NCBI GenBank assembly: GCA_964455935.1
Contig: CAYVZU010000052.1
Coordinates: 1-25,508 of the forward strand
DNA length: 25,508 bases
Source: an uncultured Fibrobacterota bacterium
GTDB taxonomy: Bacteria; Fibrobacterota; CAYVZU01
Direction of reading: 5' to 3'
Shown: positions 7,651-15,868 of the stretch, in pieces
Layout: every line of letters begins with the position of its first letter
Position numbering within the stretch: the stretch's first letter is position 1
Program-made: the position numbers and the translations under genes
Notes under the pieces: model-generated
The model's database searches: none
Seen by the model: only the letters and a program-made list of their open reading frames with translations
Told to the model about the DNA's origin: nothing

Positions 7651-7664
7651 TCGGACACCCGCAA
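7651..7664. promoter_or_regulatory. Perfect 14-bp palindrome CCCGCAATTGCGGG in the 5' region of the URO-D gene; candidate operator
   Basis: Read directly from the sequence, about 57-70 nt upstream of the URO-D start codon. Confidence 0.25.
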
Positions 7665-7778
7665 TTGCGGGCGGGTGGTGCAGGCTTTGATCGGAACCTT
7701 TGGAATTCCAAGGCAATTCACGATTCAATCCAGGACATAGAAGGCAATCCCGTGCGGAAAGGACTTTATTAAGAAGCC

Positions 7779-7945
7779 TTCGGAGTGGCTTGGTTCTCCG
7801 CGCACGCACGGGAAACTGGGAAAGGCGTTGCTCCTGACACCTTTCAGCTTCCGGTGCTGATGCCGAATCCGCAACGGCAACGTGTCGGTGTGTTTTGAAG
7901 CTGAAAAGCAAGAAAGGCACAATGTCCGGGGGACAGTGTCACACG
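7779..7945. repeat. Direct repeat copy 2 (~165 bp), noncoding
   Basis: Aligns with 6318-6480. It has a perfect 11-bp stem ctttcagcttc (7842-7852) / gaagctgaaag (7897-7907). Confidence 0.7.
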
Positions 7946-8043
7946 GTCTTGAAAAGGCCACACGGTGAAACAGGCCACCCGCCGCAATTTTATGCCGCGC
8001 AAGGGGGGCAGGTCTTCACTACAAGCACTTTCAAAACAAAAAC

Positions 8044-8072
8044 GGCGAAGCCAGAATGGCTTCGCCATTTTT
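8044..8072. terminator. Bidirectional intrinsic terminator
   Basis: GGCGAAGCC agaat GGCTTCGCC is a 9-bp GC stem. The plus strand continues ATTTTTCAG; the minus strand continues GTTTTTGTTTTG. Confidence 0.6.
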
Positions 8073-8155
8073 CAGCCGAAAGAAGTCCTTACTGTCGAAC
8101 TTGGGCTAAACCATCCGAACGCAAAATTATTATCCGATAACTGCGGAATTTGGGA

Positions 8156-8184
8156 TAAAAAGCGGAGCCCGGGCTCCGCTTTTC
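8156..8184 (-). terminator. Intrinsic terminator for the SSS transporter operon
   Basis: Palindrome agcggagccc/gggctccgct at 8161-8180, flanked by A5 on one side and T4-5 on the other. The minus strand reads the stem followed by TTTTTATCC. It lies about 30 nt after the stop codon at 8211. Confidence 0.65.
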
Positions 8185-8210
8185 AGGATTAAAAATCCAT
8201 CCAATCGCTT

Positions 8211-9830
8211 TTATTCGGCTTCGGGCTTGTGGGCAATCGCGAAAAACCCCTCTACATCCTTGCCGCAATCCTTGGTGGCAAGGCTCACAAGAATCAGCAC
8301 CAAAAACGAGCAGGTTACCCCAAAAACGCCAGGTCCGCCGGCTGTGGGCAGGCCCAAGAAAGACTTGATGCCTACAAGCAGCATGAAGATAAAGGCTACG
8401 GATACAGCGAGCCCTGTGATCATTCCCGCCATGGCTCCCTGTCGGGTGAGGCGCTTCCACCACAGACTTGATAGCATAACAGGGAAGATGGCCGATGCCG
8501 CGATGCCGAAGGCCAGTGTGACCAGCCAGGCCACATTCTCCTTTTTGACGGCCACCGCGATGGCCACCGAAACCACGCTCATGACAAGTGTGGTTATTTT
8601 TGCAATCGAGAGCTCCTGTTTTTCCGTTGCGTTTTTATTGATGTAAACCTTGTAGAGATCGTGCGAAATTGTAGAGGCTGCGGTAATCATGAGCCCGGCT
8701 GCGGTGGAAAGCACGGCGGCAACCGCGCCGGCGGCAGCCAATGCCATCAGGACCTGACCCCCCAGAACACCGGCCGCTTCAAGTACGCTCATGTTCTTGG
8801 CGATCCCAAACTTGCCCGCGGCTATCCATCCAACCAGCTTGGGATAAATACCCGGCATGGTCAGAAACCCGAGAAAGATGGTGCACAAGTAAAATATCCC
8901 CAAGGCTATAATGCAAAGCATAACGCTCTTTTTGGCGGCCCTGGCCGACGGCACGGTGTAGAACATAATGAGGATATGCGGGAGACCCGCCGTGCCAAAC
9001 ACAAGAGCGATGACCGTGGAAATTTGCGCAAGAAGACTTGGGGTTTGAATTCCAATGGTCATCGCGCTGGGCGCATCCGGCATCAATGTCCGTGCCGCGG
9101 TAATGGCTTCTTTGGCGCTGCCCGCGGCGGCCACCGCGGCGGTCGCCGCTGGATTTTTGCCCGCGATTTCGGGAGGAACAATCTGCTGAGCGACCTCGAT
9201 CATTTTCTGGAAAGAACCTTCGCCAAACACCAGGAAGGCCAGCACGGTGACAAAGACCATTGCAAAAAATAGAAAAACGGCCTGAATCAATTGGTTGTAA
9301 ATCGTTGCCTTCATGCCGCCAAACACGATATAGATGCTGATGAGGATTCCCAATAGAATGGTGACGAGCACAAAATTCCATCCCATCACGAGCTCGAACA
9401 ATAGCCCTGCGCCCAGCATCTGCGGCACGAGGTAAAAGGTGGAGATGACCAATGTGCAAATCATCACAACAAGCTTGATCCGATCGTCGGGGAACCGGCG
9501 GTGGAGCGCATCGGCCACGGTATAGCTTCCCACATTGCGCAACGGGCCGGCAATGAGCAGGAGCACCGCCATGTAGCCGCCAAAGAAACCGATGGAAAGC
9601 CAGATTCTATCCACCCCAAAGATGGATATATCGCCAGCGCACCCCAGGAACGAGGCGGCCGAAAGATAGCTGCCCACCATTGCAATCCCGGTTTGAACCC
9701 ACGGGATTGACCGCCCGGCAACATAGAAATCCGAAGCGCTTTTGGCTTGCTTCTGCGTGATCCATGTGATCGCGATTGAGACCGCGACAAAGAACAGGAT
9801 AAAGACGAATACCAAAGGATAGTTCAACAT
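8211..9830 (-). CDS. Sodium:solute symporter (SSS) family permease, large subunit
   Basis: 539 aa with multiple transmembrane helices and the SSS signature GRSIPWVQTGIAMVGSYLSAASFLG. A TGAGG RBS precedes the ATG at 9830. The gene is 7 nt downstream of a DUF4212 gene. Confidence 0.85.
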   Translation of the reverse strand: MLNYPLVFVFILFFVAVSIAITWITQKQAKSASDFYVAGRSIPWVQTGIAMVGSYLSAASFLGCAGDISIFGVDRIWLSIGFFGGYMAVLLLIAGPLRNVGSYTVADALHRRFPDDRIKLVVMICTLVISTFYLVPQMLGAGLLFELVMGWNFVLVTILLGILISIYIVFGGMKATIYNQLIQAVFLFFAMVFVTVLAFLVFGEGSFQKMIEVAQQIVPPEIAGKNPAATAAVAAAGSAKEAITAARTLMPDAPSAMTIGIQTPSLLAQISTVIALVFGTAGLPHILIMFYTVPSARAAKKSVMLCIIALGIFYLCTIFLGFLTMPGIYPKLVGWIAAGKFGIAKNMSVLEAAGVLGGQVLMALAAAGAVAAVLSTAAGLMITAASTISHDLYKVYINKNATEKQELSIAKITTLVMSVVSVAIAVAVKKENVAWLVTLAFGIAASAIFPVMLSSLWWKRLTRQGAMAGMITGLAVSVAFIFMLLVGIKSFLGLPTAGGPGVFGVTCSFLVLILVSLATKDCGKDVEGFFAIAHKPEAE

Positions 9831-9837
9831 GCTTGCC

Positions 9838-10095
9838 TCATTTCCAAAGGACGAAGAAAATTGCGATTAGGACCCACGACACAGGAAAAACGGCCAAAGA
9901 GAGGAATAGCCCCAGGGGCATCCCCGCAAAAGGGATCGCCGCCACCATATGAAATGTGGGCGTTTGGATAATTGCGGTACCCATATAGAAAGCAAAAAAC
10001 ACAATAAATATGCTGAACCCCAGAACCAGGCGACTGCGGTAATTGTTGGTCCATCCCGCTGCCTCGGGCTGGCTGATTTTGGTACTCTCTTCCAT
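9838..10095 (-). CDS. DUF4212-type small membrane subunit associated with SSS transporters
   Basis: 85 aa with two transmembrane helices (MEESTKISQPEAAGWTNNYRSRLVLGFSIFIVFFAFYMG...). A GGAGG RBS lies 3-4 nt before the ATG. It is immediately upstream of an SSS permease. Confidence 0.7.
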   Translation of the reverse strand: MEESTKISQPEAAGWTNNYRSRLVLGFSIFIVFFAFYMGTAIIQTPTFHMVAAIPFAGMPLGLFLSLAVFPVSWVLIAIFFVLWK

Positions 10096-10244
10096 TCGAC
10101 CTCCAGTTGAGTATGCCTCCGAATGCAGTTTTGAGCCTGTAAAATATAAATCAATAAGTGAAGAAAAGAACCTGTATTGATGCTTGCGCGAAATACGGCC
10201 GGGTTGGGAAACCAGCCAGCACGGAACCTATTTCCGAAATCGCC

Positions 10245-13136
10245 TCATTCTCCCAGGAAAACACGGCGCATCTGATTTTGAATCGCATCGATCTGCGCAA
10301 AGCATTCCTTTAAAACGGCCTGTTCGATGCGGCTGAGCCAGCCCGGGTCTAGTAGGTTGTCCGGCTGCCCGCCGCGTTCGACAGAAGCCGATTGATGGCG
10401 GATCCGCAGCCGAAGCAGCGATTCGTGGGTGACCGAGAGATCCTGGTACTCGGACGAAAGCAGAATGCCTTTGCGTGTAAGGGCCTCAAGACGGGACAGG
10501 GTGTTGGTTTCCGAAATTTCATGCTGCATGGAATAGATCCGCGCGTATGAAACAATCGGCAAGGCCGCAGCCTTCAGATCCAGACGGGCGGCATGCTCGC
10601 CCGATCCGGCGGCCAGAACGTGTCCGAACAGGCGCAGAGGGGCCTTGAAGCCCAGCGCATTGCGCACGGCATGAGGAAAGAACGCGGGATTCACCTCCAG
10701 CAAACGGGCGATATGGGCGTGCAATTCCACTGCCAGAGTGGTTTCGCCGGCCACCGGACGGAAATCAAAAAAGATGCTGAACTCCATCAGCTCTTTTGGC
10801 TCCGCTCTTCTGATCCAGGTTTCGAAATATTCCTTCCAGGTACCAAGGGGCTTGCACCAACGGGGATTGCTGGCCAGCGACCTGCCCCGGCACTCGAGGT
10901 AACCCGCTTCGCTCAGCCCCGAGCAGACGAATCCGGCCAGGGCCTGGAAATAGGTGCCCGCGCCGGTCTCGGAATCCGTCTGGTCCGCGTTGTAGATAAT
11001 TGCGTTGTCCTGGTCCGACGTCAGCGTCTGCTCACGGCGTCCCTGGCTGCCCAGAGCGAGAAAAACAAAGGGCGCCGGCGGTTTTCCCAGCGTTTCGATT
11101 CCCAATTCAAGCAGGCGTCTGGTTGCGGCGTCGGTCACATCGGCCAGCAGGCGCGCGATGTCCGGCGCATACGCGCCGTGATCGAGAAGTGACTTCACCA
11201 GCTTTGGATTTCTTCGGCAAATGGAAATGACCTGATCCCGGCTTGGGGCGCGCGCAATTTCCTGCGCCAGGTCCTGCACCGTCACCGCCGGAAGCTGAAG
11301 CAGCCGTTCCAGGACGCTGTGCTTGCGCGCCTCGGCCAATTCGGCGTTGTCCTGAATCTCGCTTGGGCGAAGAAGGACCATCAGTCCGCCCGGCACCGCT
11401 TCGGAGATCCGCCGGAAGGTGAAGGCACATTCCGCCAGATTTCCGTCTCTTTGCCGCGCCACGCCGCGGGCCGATTGGTCGGCCGGATTGCCCGCGTCCA
11501 ATCGCCGCAGAGCTGCCGTTGCGCTTTCGTTTTCCGGGCTGGAAGGAACCACATCCTCCAGGTCGAGCAGTTCCAGCTCCTTTTGCGAGTAGCCCAGCCA
11601 GCTCAGCAGGACGGGGTTGGCATACCGGCAGCGGCGGTCGCTCACGAACAAAGCGCCCTCGCCCGCGGCTTCCACCAGCATGCGGTAGCGATCCACGGCC
11701 TCCCTCAGCAATTCCTCCGCCGTGTTCCTGTTGCGTTCCGCGCGGTAGCTGGCGCGAACCGAAACCATCAGCAGCATCGCCACCAGGGCCGCGATGGCCG
11801 CCGAGACCCCCGCCAATCTGTTTCGGAGATGATCCAACTCCGCCTTCACATCGTTCATGTAAATTCCGGTGCCAATGATCCAGTTCCAGGGCTCAAACAG
11901 CCGAAGATAGGATTCCTTCGGTTCCAGGCGGTGCGGGTCGTCTTTCCATTGCCAGACGTAGTCGACGTATCCCTCGCCATTGGCCTTGACCACCTCCACG
12001 AAAACCGTGAATATGCGAACACCGCGCGGATCGGTAAAACTCGAAAGGTCGGCACCGTTGAGATCTCTGCGATAGGGGTGCATGATCATGCGCGGCGCGA
12101 GGTCCTGAAGCCAGAAATAGTCCTTGGCCTCCGGCCCGTAGCGCATCGCCTCCACACGCACCTTCGCCTGCTCCTGAGCCTGCAGCCGCGTCAGCAATCC
12201 CTTCTGTTCTTCCCGGTTGGCCTCATCCAGAATGCTCCAGGCCGCGTTGGTCAGTTCCCGAATCATCTCGCGTTTGCGCTCCAGCAACGCCTTTTCAAAC
12301 CGCGGCAGGAAAACAAGAAAGAGGACGCCGGCAAATAGCGCCAGCGTCATCAGGGACGGAAGGACGATGTGCGCCATGAATCCGCGCCAATGAAATCCGG
12401 GGCCCGCTGTTGCAATCGGCAGGGGCGGCCGGAACCTCGCTTTGGCGGGCGCTTCGGTCCGCGCGGCGCGGCTCAGGCAGGCATCGCGGAAAGCCTTCCA
12501 TGCCGTTAGAGGCATTTGTACGCCGGGTTTTCGATCCGGCACATTGTTGGAGAAATGAACATCCGATCCGGCCGAAACAATCAGGCCAAATTGCGCGGCC
12601 AATGCGCAAGCGCGCTCTTTGTCCCGGGCGGAAGCCGTGTTGTTCAGCGCTTCGATACCGTCAAGTCCCGATTGCCGTAATTCCTTTACGATATTCGCCA
12701 GATTGTCGGGGTTCGGCACCGAAGCAAAGGGGTGGGCCAAAACCGCGATCCCCCCGGCCTTGTGGATCAGTGCAATGGCTTCAGTGGCGGGCAAAGACCG
12801 CTTGGGGATCAGAATGGGCGAATCCGCATCCCGGCGCGCGGCAAGCTCCCGAAGCGCCGCGCGCAACTCTCCCTGCTCCGTCTCGATCCCGTATCCCAGG
12901 ATGTGCAATTCCAGGCCGGCCAATTGCGTCGTCATCTCCACACCGGCGATGGAACCGATGCCCTGACGCGACAGGACTTGCCTGAAAACGGACTGGCCTT
13001 CAAGCGAATCGTGATCGGTCAGGGAGGCATATTGAACACCGGCCTCGGCCAGCTTTGCCGCAAGCCGGTCCGGCGGCAGGGCGCCATCACTGAACGATGA
13101 ATGGCAGTGGAAATCGACGACGACCGTCTCGCCCAT
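10245..13136 (-). CDS. Multidomain membrane signalling protein: N-terminal PHP phosphoesterase, TM, periplasmic single Cache domain, TM, PAS, then DUF294 nucleotidyltransferase with DUF294_C (GlnD/GlnE-like)
   Basis: 963 aa. PHP motifs VVVDFHCHSSFSDG...LTDHDSLEG...LAHPF...SAGSDVHF. A transmembrane helix HIVLPSLMTLALFAGVLFLVFL. A Cache signature KESYLRLFEPWNWIIGTGIYMNDV, followed by a second transmembrane helix. A PAS-like segment. Then the nucleotidyltransferase core FVFLALGSQGRREQTLTSDQDNAIIY and a C-terminal substrate-binding-like helical domain. Confidence 0.85.
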   Translation of the reverse strand: MGETVVVDFHCHSSFSDGALPPDRLAAKLAEAGVQYASLTDHDSLEGQSVFRQVLSRQGIGSIAGVEMTTQLAGLELHILGYGIETEQGELRAALRELAARRDADSPILIPKRSLPATEAIALIHKAGGIAVLAHPFASVPNPDNLANIVKELRQSGLDGIEALNNTASARDKERACALAAQFGLIVSAGSDVHFSNNVPDRKPGVQMPLTAWKAFRDACLSRAARTEAPAKARFRPPLPIATAGPGFHWRGFMAHIVLPSLMTLALFAGVLFLVFLPRFEKALLERKREMIRELTNAAWSILDEANREEQKGLLTRLQAQEQAKVRVEAMRYGPEAKDYFWLQDLAPRMIMHPYRRDLNGADLSSFTDPRGVRIFTVFVEVVKANGEGYVDYVWQWKDDPHRLEPKESYLRLFEPWNWIIGTGIYMNDVKAELDHLRNRLAGVSAAIAALVAMLLMVSVRASYRAERNRNTAEELLREAVDRYRMLVEAAGEGALFVSDRRCRYANPVLLSWLGYSQKELELLDLEDVVPSSPENESATAALRRLDAGNPADQSARGVARQRDGNLAECAFTFRRISEAVPGGLMVLLRPSEIQDNAELAEARKHSVLERLLQLPAVTVQDLAQEIARAPSRDQVISICRRNPKLVKSLLDHGAYAPDIARLLADVTDAATRRLLELGIETLGKPPAPFVFLALGSQGRREQTLTSDQDNAIIYNADQTDSETGAGTYFQALAGFVCSGLSEAGYLECRGRSLASNPRWCKPLGTWKEYFETWIRRAEPKELMEFSIFFDFRPVAGETTLAVELHAHIARLLEVNPAFFPHAVRNALGFKAPLRLFGHVLAAGSGEHAARLDLKAAALPIVSYARIYSMQHEISETNTLSRLEALTRKGILLSSEYQDLSVTHESLLRLRIRHQSASVERGGQPDNLLDPGWLSRIEQAVLKECFAQIDAIQNQMRRVFLGE

Positions 13137-13286
13137 TTTTTGCGCCTCGCTCCATGCCGGCCAAGCCGGAAAGAATCGGACCGGATAACAGAATAATAAA
13201 ATAAGAATAAACGCAGTTGCTTTCGATTACAGGAGAAACAGCGAACCGGGAAACGACGTTGCGGAAGAAAAAAAAGAGATCGGGAA

Positions 13287-13316
13287 TTTCCCGGCGCACT
13301 GGAGTGCGCCGGGAAA
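13287..13316. other. 13-bp perfect inverted repeat (stem-loop) between the upstream SSS operon and the PHP-nucleotidyltransferase gene
   Basis: tttcccggcgcac tgga gtgcgccgggaaa. On the minus strand a T8 run lies about 14 nt after the stem, so it is not a canonical terminator. Confidence 0.3.
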
Positions 13317-13376
13317 ACCAATTTCGCTAGTGTTCTCCAGGGGTCCTGGAAATTCCGGGAACGATCGAGCCGCCCC

Positions 13377-15257
13377 TCAGGGATTGGCGACCTGTTTCCT
13401 TCCGGTGAACAGGGAAACCACGACCAATGTCATGAAGCTCAGCGGAATTGAAATAATGCCTGGCTGTCCCAGCGGATGCCACGCCTGGGCCTCGGTCAGG
13501 CCGTAAGGGCCTTTGAACATATCGGGCCCGGTCAAAATAATGGCAAGTGCCGATACGGTTCCGACAATGATCGAGGCAACAATTCCGGCCGCCGTGGTTC
13601 GCTTCCAGAACAGCAGCATCAGGATTGCCGGGAGATTGGCCGAGGCCGCCACGGCAAAGGCCCAGCCCACCAGGAAGCTGACGTTCACCCCGCGAAAGAG
13701 AATGCCAAAGACGATGGCGACAAGGCCCACCGCAAAAGCGGCGATTTTGCCGGCCCGCACTTTTTGTGTGTCGCTTAGTCCCATCCGCCCGAACCTGTCC
13801 AGCAGGTCATGGGCCACAGCGCCGGAAGCCGCGACAATCAGCCCCGCGACGGTGCCCAGCACTGTTGCAAAGGCGATCGCCGAAATGATAGCAAAGAGCA
13901 CATGGCCAAAGGAAAATGCCAGAAGCGGCGCCGACATGTTGTTGTCGGCCGGATTAATGGTGCCGTTGATTGCCGCGCCCATTCCCATAAACAGCGTTAA
14001 AACATAGAAAAATCCAATGGCGGCAATGGCCACGATGGTCGATTTTCGGGCGCAGGCCGGACTTGGAACCGTATAGTAACGGATGAGAATGTGCGGCAAG
14101 GCCGCGGTACCAAAGAAAAGGGCCATCATCAGGGACACGAAATTCAGTTTTTGCCAGAGCGTTTTGACCTTGAAATAAACTCCGGGGTTCATGACATCGG
14201 TACCCGTCACGGATTTGGGGAAAAATACCTTGATCTTGCCGCCGTCGGTGTCCAGAATGCTTTTGGTGGACCATTGCTCGTACCGGGTCTGCGGATCAGT
14301 GAGAATTTTAAGAAAAGCAAGGGGTCCAACCGGGCCGGTGCCTTTGCGGGCGGTCTCGCTGCCAATACCGCCGATAGTCTCCAGCCGTCCGACCGGCAAC
14401 AGGTGCCCATCTTTGCGGCCATTGACGAGTCCCTGGCCCTGCCACTGCGTTTGCAAAAGCAAGTCGGCTTCCTTTTTCCACCATGAAATCTGGCCATCTC
14501 GTTCAAACTTGGCAAACCCGTCGGTCTCATGGCTAAAAGCATAGCCCTGGGATTCCAGCTCGGCTTGCGTGCTTTTCGTGGAGACAAACGAGGTTCTGAT
14601 TGATGGATCGGCGGAGTCAGGCAGGCCGGCCGGGCTGGTCGACAGCCCGCGCAGTAAAAGAAAGATCACCAGGATCGTGGAAAAGGCCAGCAACAGCCCG
14701 CCTTTGATAAACTGCACGTAGGTGGTCGAGGTCATGCCCGCGGTGGCCACGATGGTGATTACAATCGCGCCCACCAGAATGACGCCCACCCAATGGGGAA
14801 GCCCAAGCAGCGGTTCGACCAGGGTCCCGGCGCCCACCATCTGCGGAATCAGATAGCAAATCGATACGACCAGTGTCGCTATGGCGGCGGCCAGCTTGAT
14901 CCCGCGGTGATTGTACTTGGCGTCCAGCGCATCGGTGAACGTGTATTTGCCCAATCGCTTCATGGGTTCGGCCACGACAAACAGCGCAACGATCCATCCG
15001 GCGAGATAACCGATGGAATACAGAAACCCGTCATAGCCCAGCGTGGCGATCATGCCGCAGATGCCCAGGAACGAAGCGGCGGAGAGGTAGTCCCCCGCGA
15101 AGCTGATTCCGTTGACGGCCCAATGGATCTGGCCGCCCGCGGCATAATAGCCGCTGGCCGAGCGCGCGCGTTTGGCGAAATACCAGCTAAGAGCGAGTAC
15201 CACAACAACGAAGAAACTGAAAATTGCAATGCTGGAAAAGGTTGCGCCCTGGTACAT
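13377..15257 (-). CDS. Sodium:solute symporter (SSS) family permease, paralogue with a ~170-aa inserted soluble domain
   Basis: Start taken at the ATG at 15255-15257 (MYQGATFSSIAIFSFFVVV...), which overlaps the DUF4212 stop as TAATG. The signature GDYLSAASFLGICG is present. An extra non-membrane segment, roughly residues 205-375, is inserted between transmembrane blocks. Confidence 0.85.
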   Translation of the reverse strand: MYQGATFSSIAIFSFFVVVVLALSWYFAKRARSASGYYAAGGQIHWAVNGISFAGDYLSAASFLGICGMIATLGYDGFLYSIGYLAGWIVALFVVAEPMKRLGKYTFTDALDAKYNHRGIKLAAAIATLVVSICYLIPQMVGAGTLVEPLLGLPHWVGVILVGAIVITIVATAGMTSTTYVQFIKGGLLLAFSTILVIFLLLRGLSTSPAGLPDSADPSIRTSFVSTKSTQAELESQGYAFSHETDGFAKFERDGQISWWKKEADLLLQTQWQGQGLVNGRKDGHLLPVGRLETIGGIGSETARKGTGPVGPLAFLKILTDPQTRYEQWSTKSILDTDGGKIKVFFPKSVTGTDVMNPGVYFKVKTLWQKLNFVSLMMALFFGTAALPHILIRYYTVPSPACARKSTIVAIAAIGFFYVLTLFMGMGAAINGTINPADNNMSAPLLAFSFGHVLFAIISAIAFATVLGTVAGLIVAASGAVAHDLLDRFGRMGLSDTQKVRAGKIAAFAVGLVAIVFGILFRGVNVSFLVGWAFAVAASANLPAILMLLFWKRTTAAGIVASIIVGTVSALAIILTGPDMFKGPYGLTEAQAWHPLGQPGIISIPLSFMTLVVVSLFTGRKQVANP

Positions 15258-15571
15258 TATGCCACCCCGTTGGCTTTTTTGGTTTTGGAGCATCCGGGTT
15301 GCGGATTGTTCGCCCGTTCCCTGGCCGTGCAGACGGCGTTATAAACCAGCGCAAGAATGAAAGCGACCAGGATAAGGCCAAAGCCGTAGACCACGGCCAC
15401 ATTGAGGCCGCCGGGTAGAATTCTCTGCAAGGCCCTGCCCTCGGTGAGAACGTTCAAAAGTACAAAGCCTGCGTAAATTGCCGTGTAGACCACAAAGAGA
15501 ATGGCGCCCAAACGGGTTTTAAACCCAATGGTATTATCCGGTCCCGAAGCTTTTGCTGGTTCGTGAAGCAT
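15257..15571 (-). CDS. DUF4212-type small membrane subunit associated with SSS transporters
   Basis: 104 aa with two transmembrane helices (..ILFVVYTAIYAGFVLLNVL...LNVAVVYGFGLILVAFILALVYN). An AAGGA RBS precedes it. The stop codon overlaps the permease start. Confidence 0.7.
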   Translation of the reverse strand: MLHEPAKASGPDNTIGFKTRLGAILFVVYTAIYAGFVLLNVLTEGRALQRILPGGLNVAVVYGFGLILVAFILALVYNAVCTARERANNPQPGCSKTKKANGVA

Positions 15572-15868
15572 TTCACTTATCCTTTGTGAAAATGTTTTCC
15601 GTATGCAAACCTATCCGCAAAAATAAAAGAAGCTGGAATGGGCTACAATATAGATTTTCCAAGAAGTCGCATACAGAATTTTATAATCCGATTTAGAGGA
15701 ATGAGGGATAAGGTTCGGCAGACTCACGCAGGGCAAAATTCGAAATTCCGGGCAGCATGCATTATATTGGATGCAGCCGGTCCACGCCCAATTGACGGGT
15801 AAATTCCACCTTCTTCGCCCCTGGGTAGAATTGCAGAATCACGGTTGGAGAGAGGACCCGTTGAGCCA

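Noticed and set aside
8661-9459. 203-aa plus-strand ORF and 226-aa minus-strand ORF inside the SSS permease
   Set aside because: These are alternative frames of a clear multi-transmembrane transporter gene. They are His/Arg/Gly-rich nonsense frames.
10096-10244. Sigma54-type promoter upstream of the DUF4212-SSS pair
   Set aside because: TGGCTGGTTTCCCAACC lacks the conserved GC element and the required GG-N10-GC spacing.
11319-12338. 339-aa plus-strand ORF, plus other overlapping ORFs inside 10245-13136
   Set aside because: They are antisense to the PHP-Cache-PAS-DUF294 gene, whose domain signatures are unambiguous. The composition is Arg/Pro/Gly-rich and no domains are recognisable.
15845-15868. 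TTG start for mltB reported by the ORF track
   Set aside because: The ATG at 15869 has a properly spaced GGAGAGAGGA RBS and begins a canonical signal peptide. The upstream TTG has no RBS.
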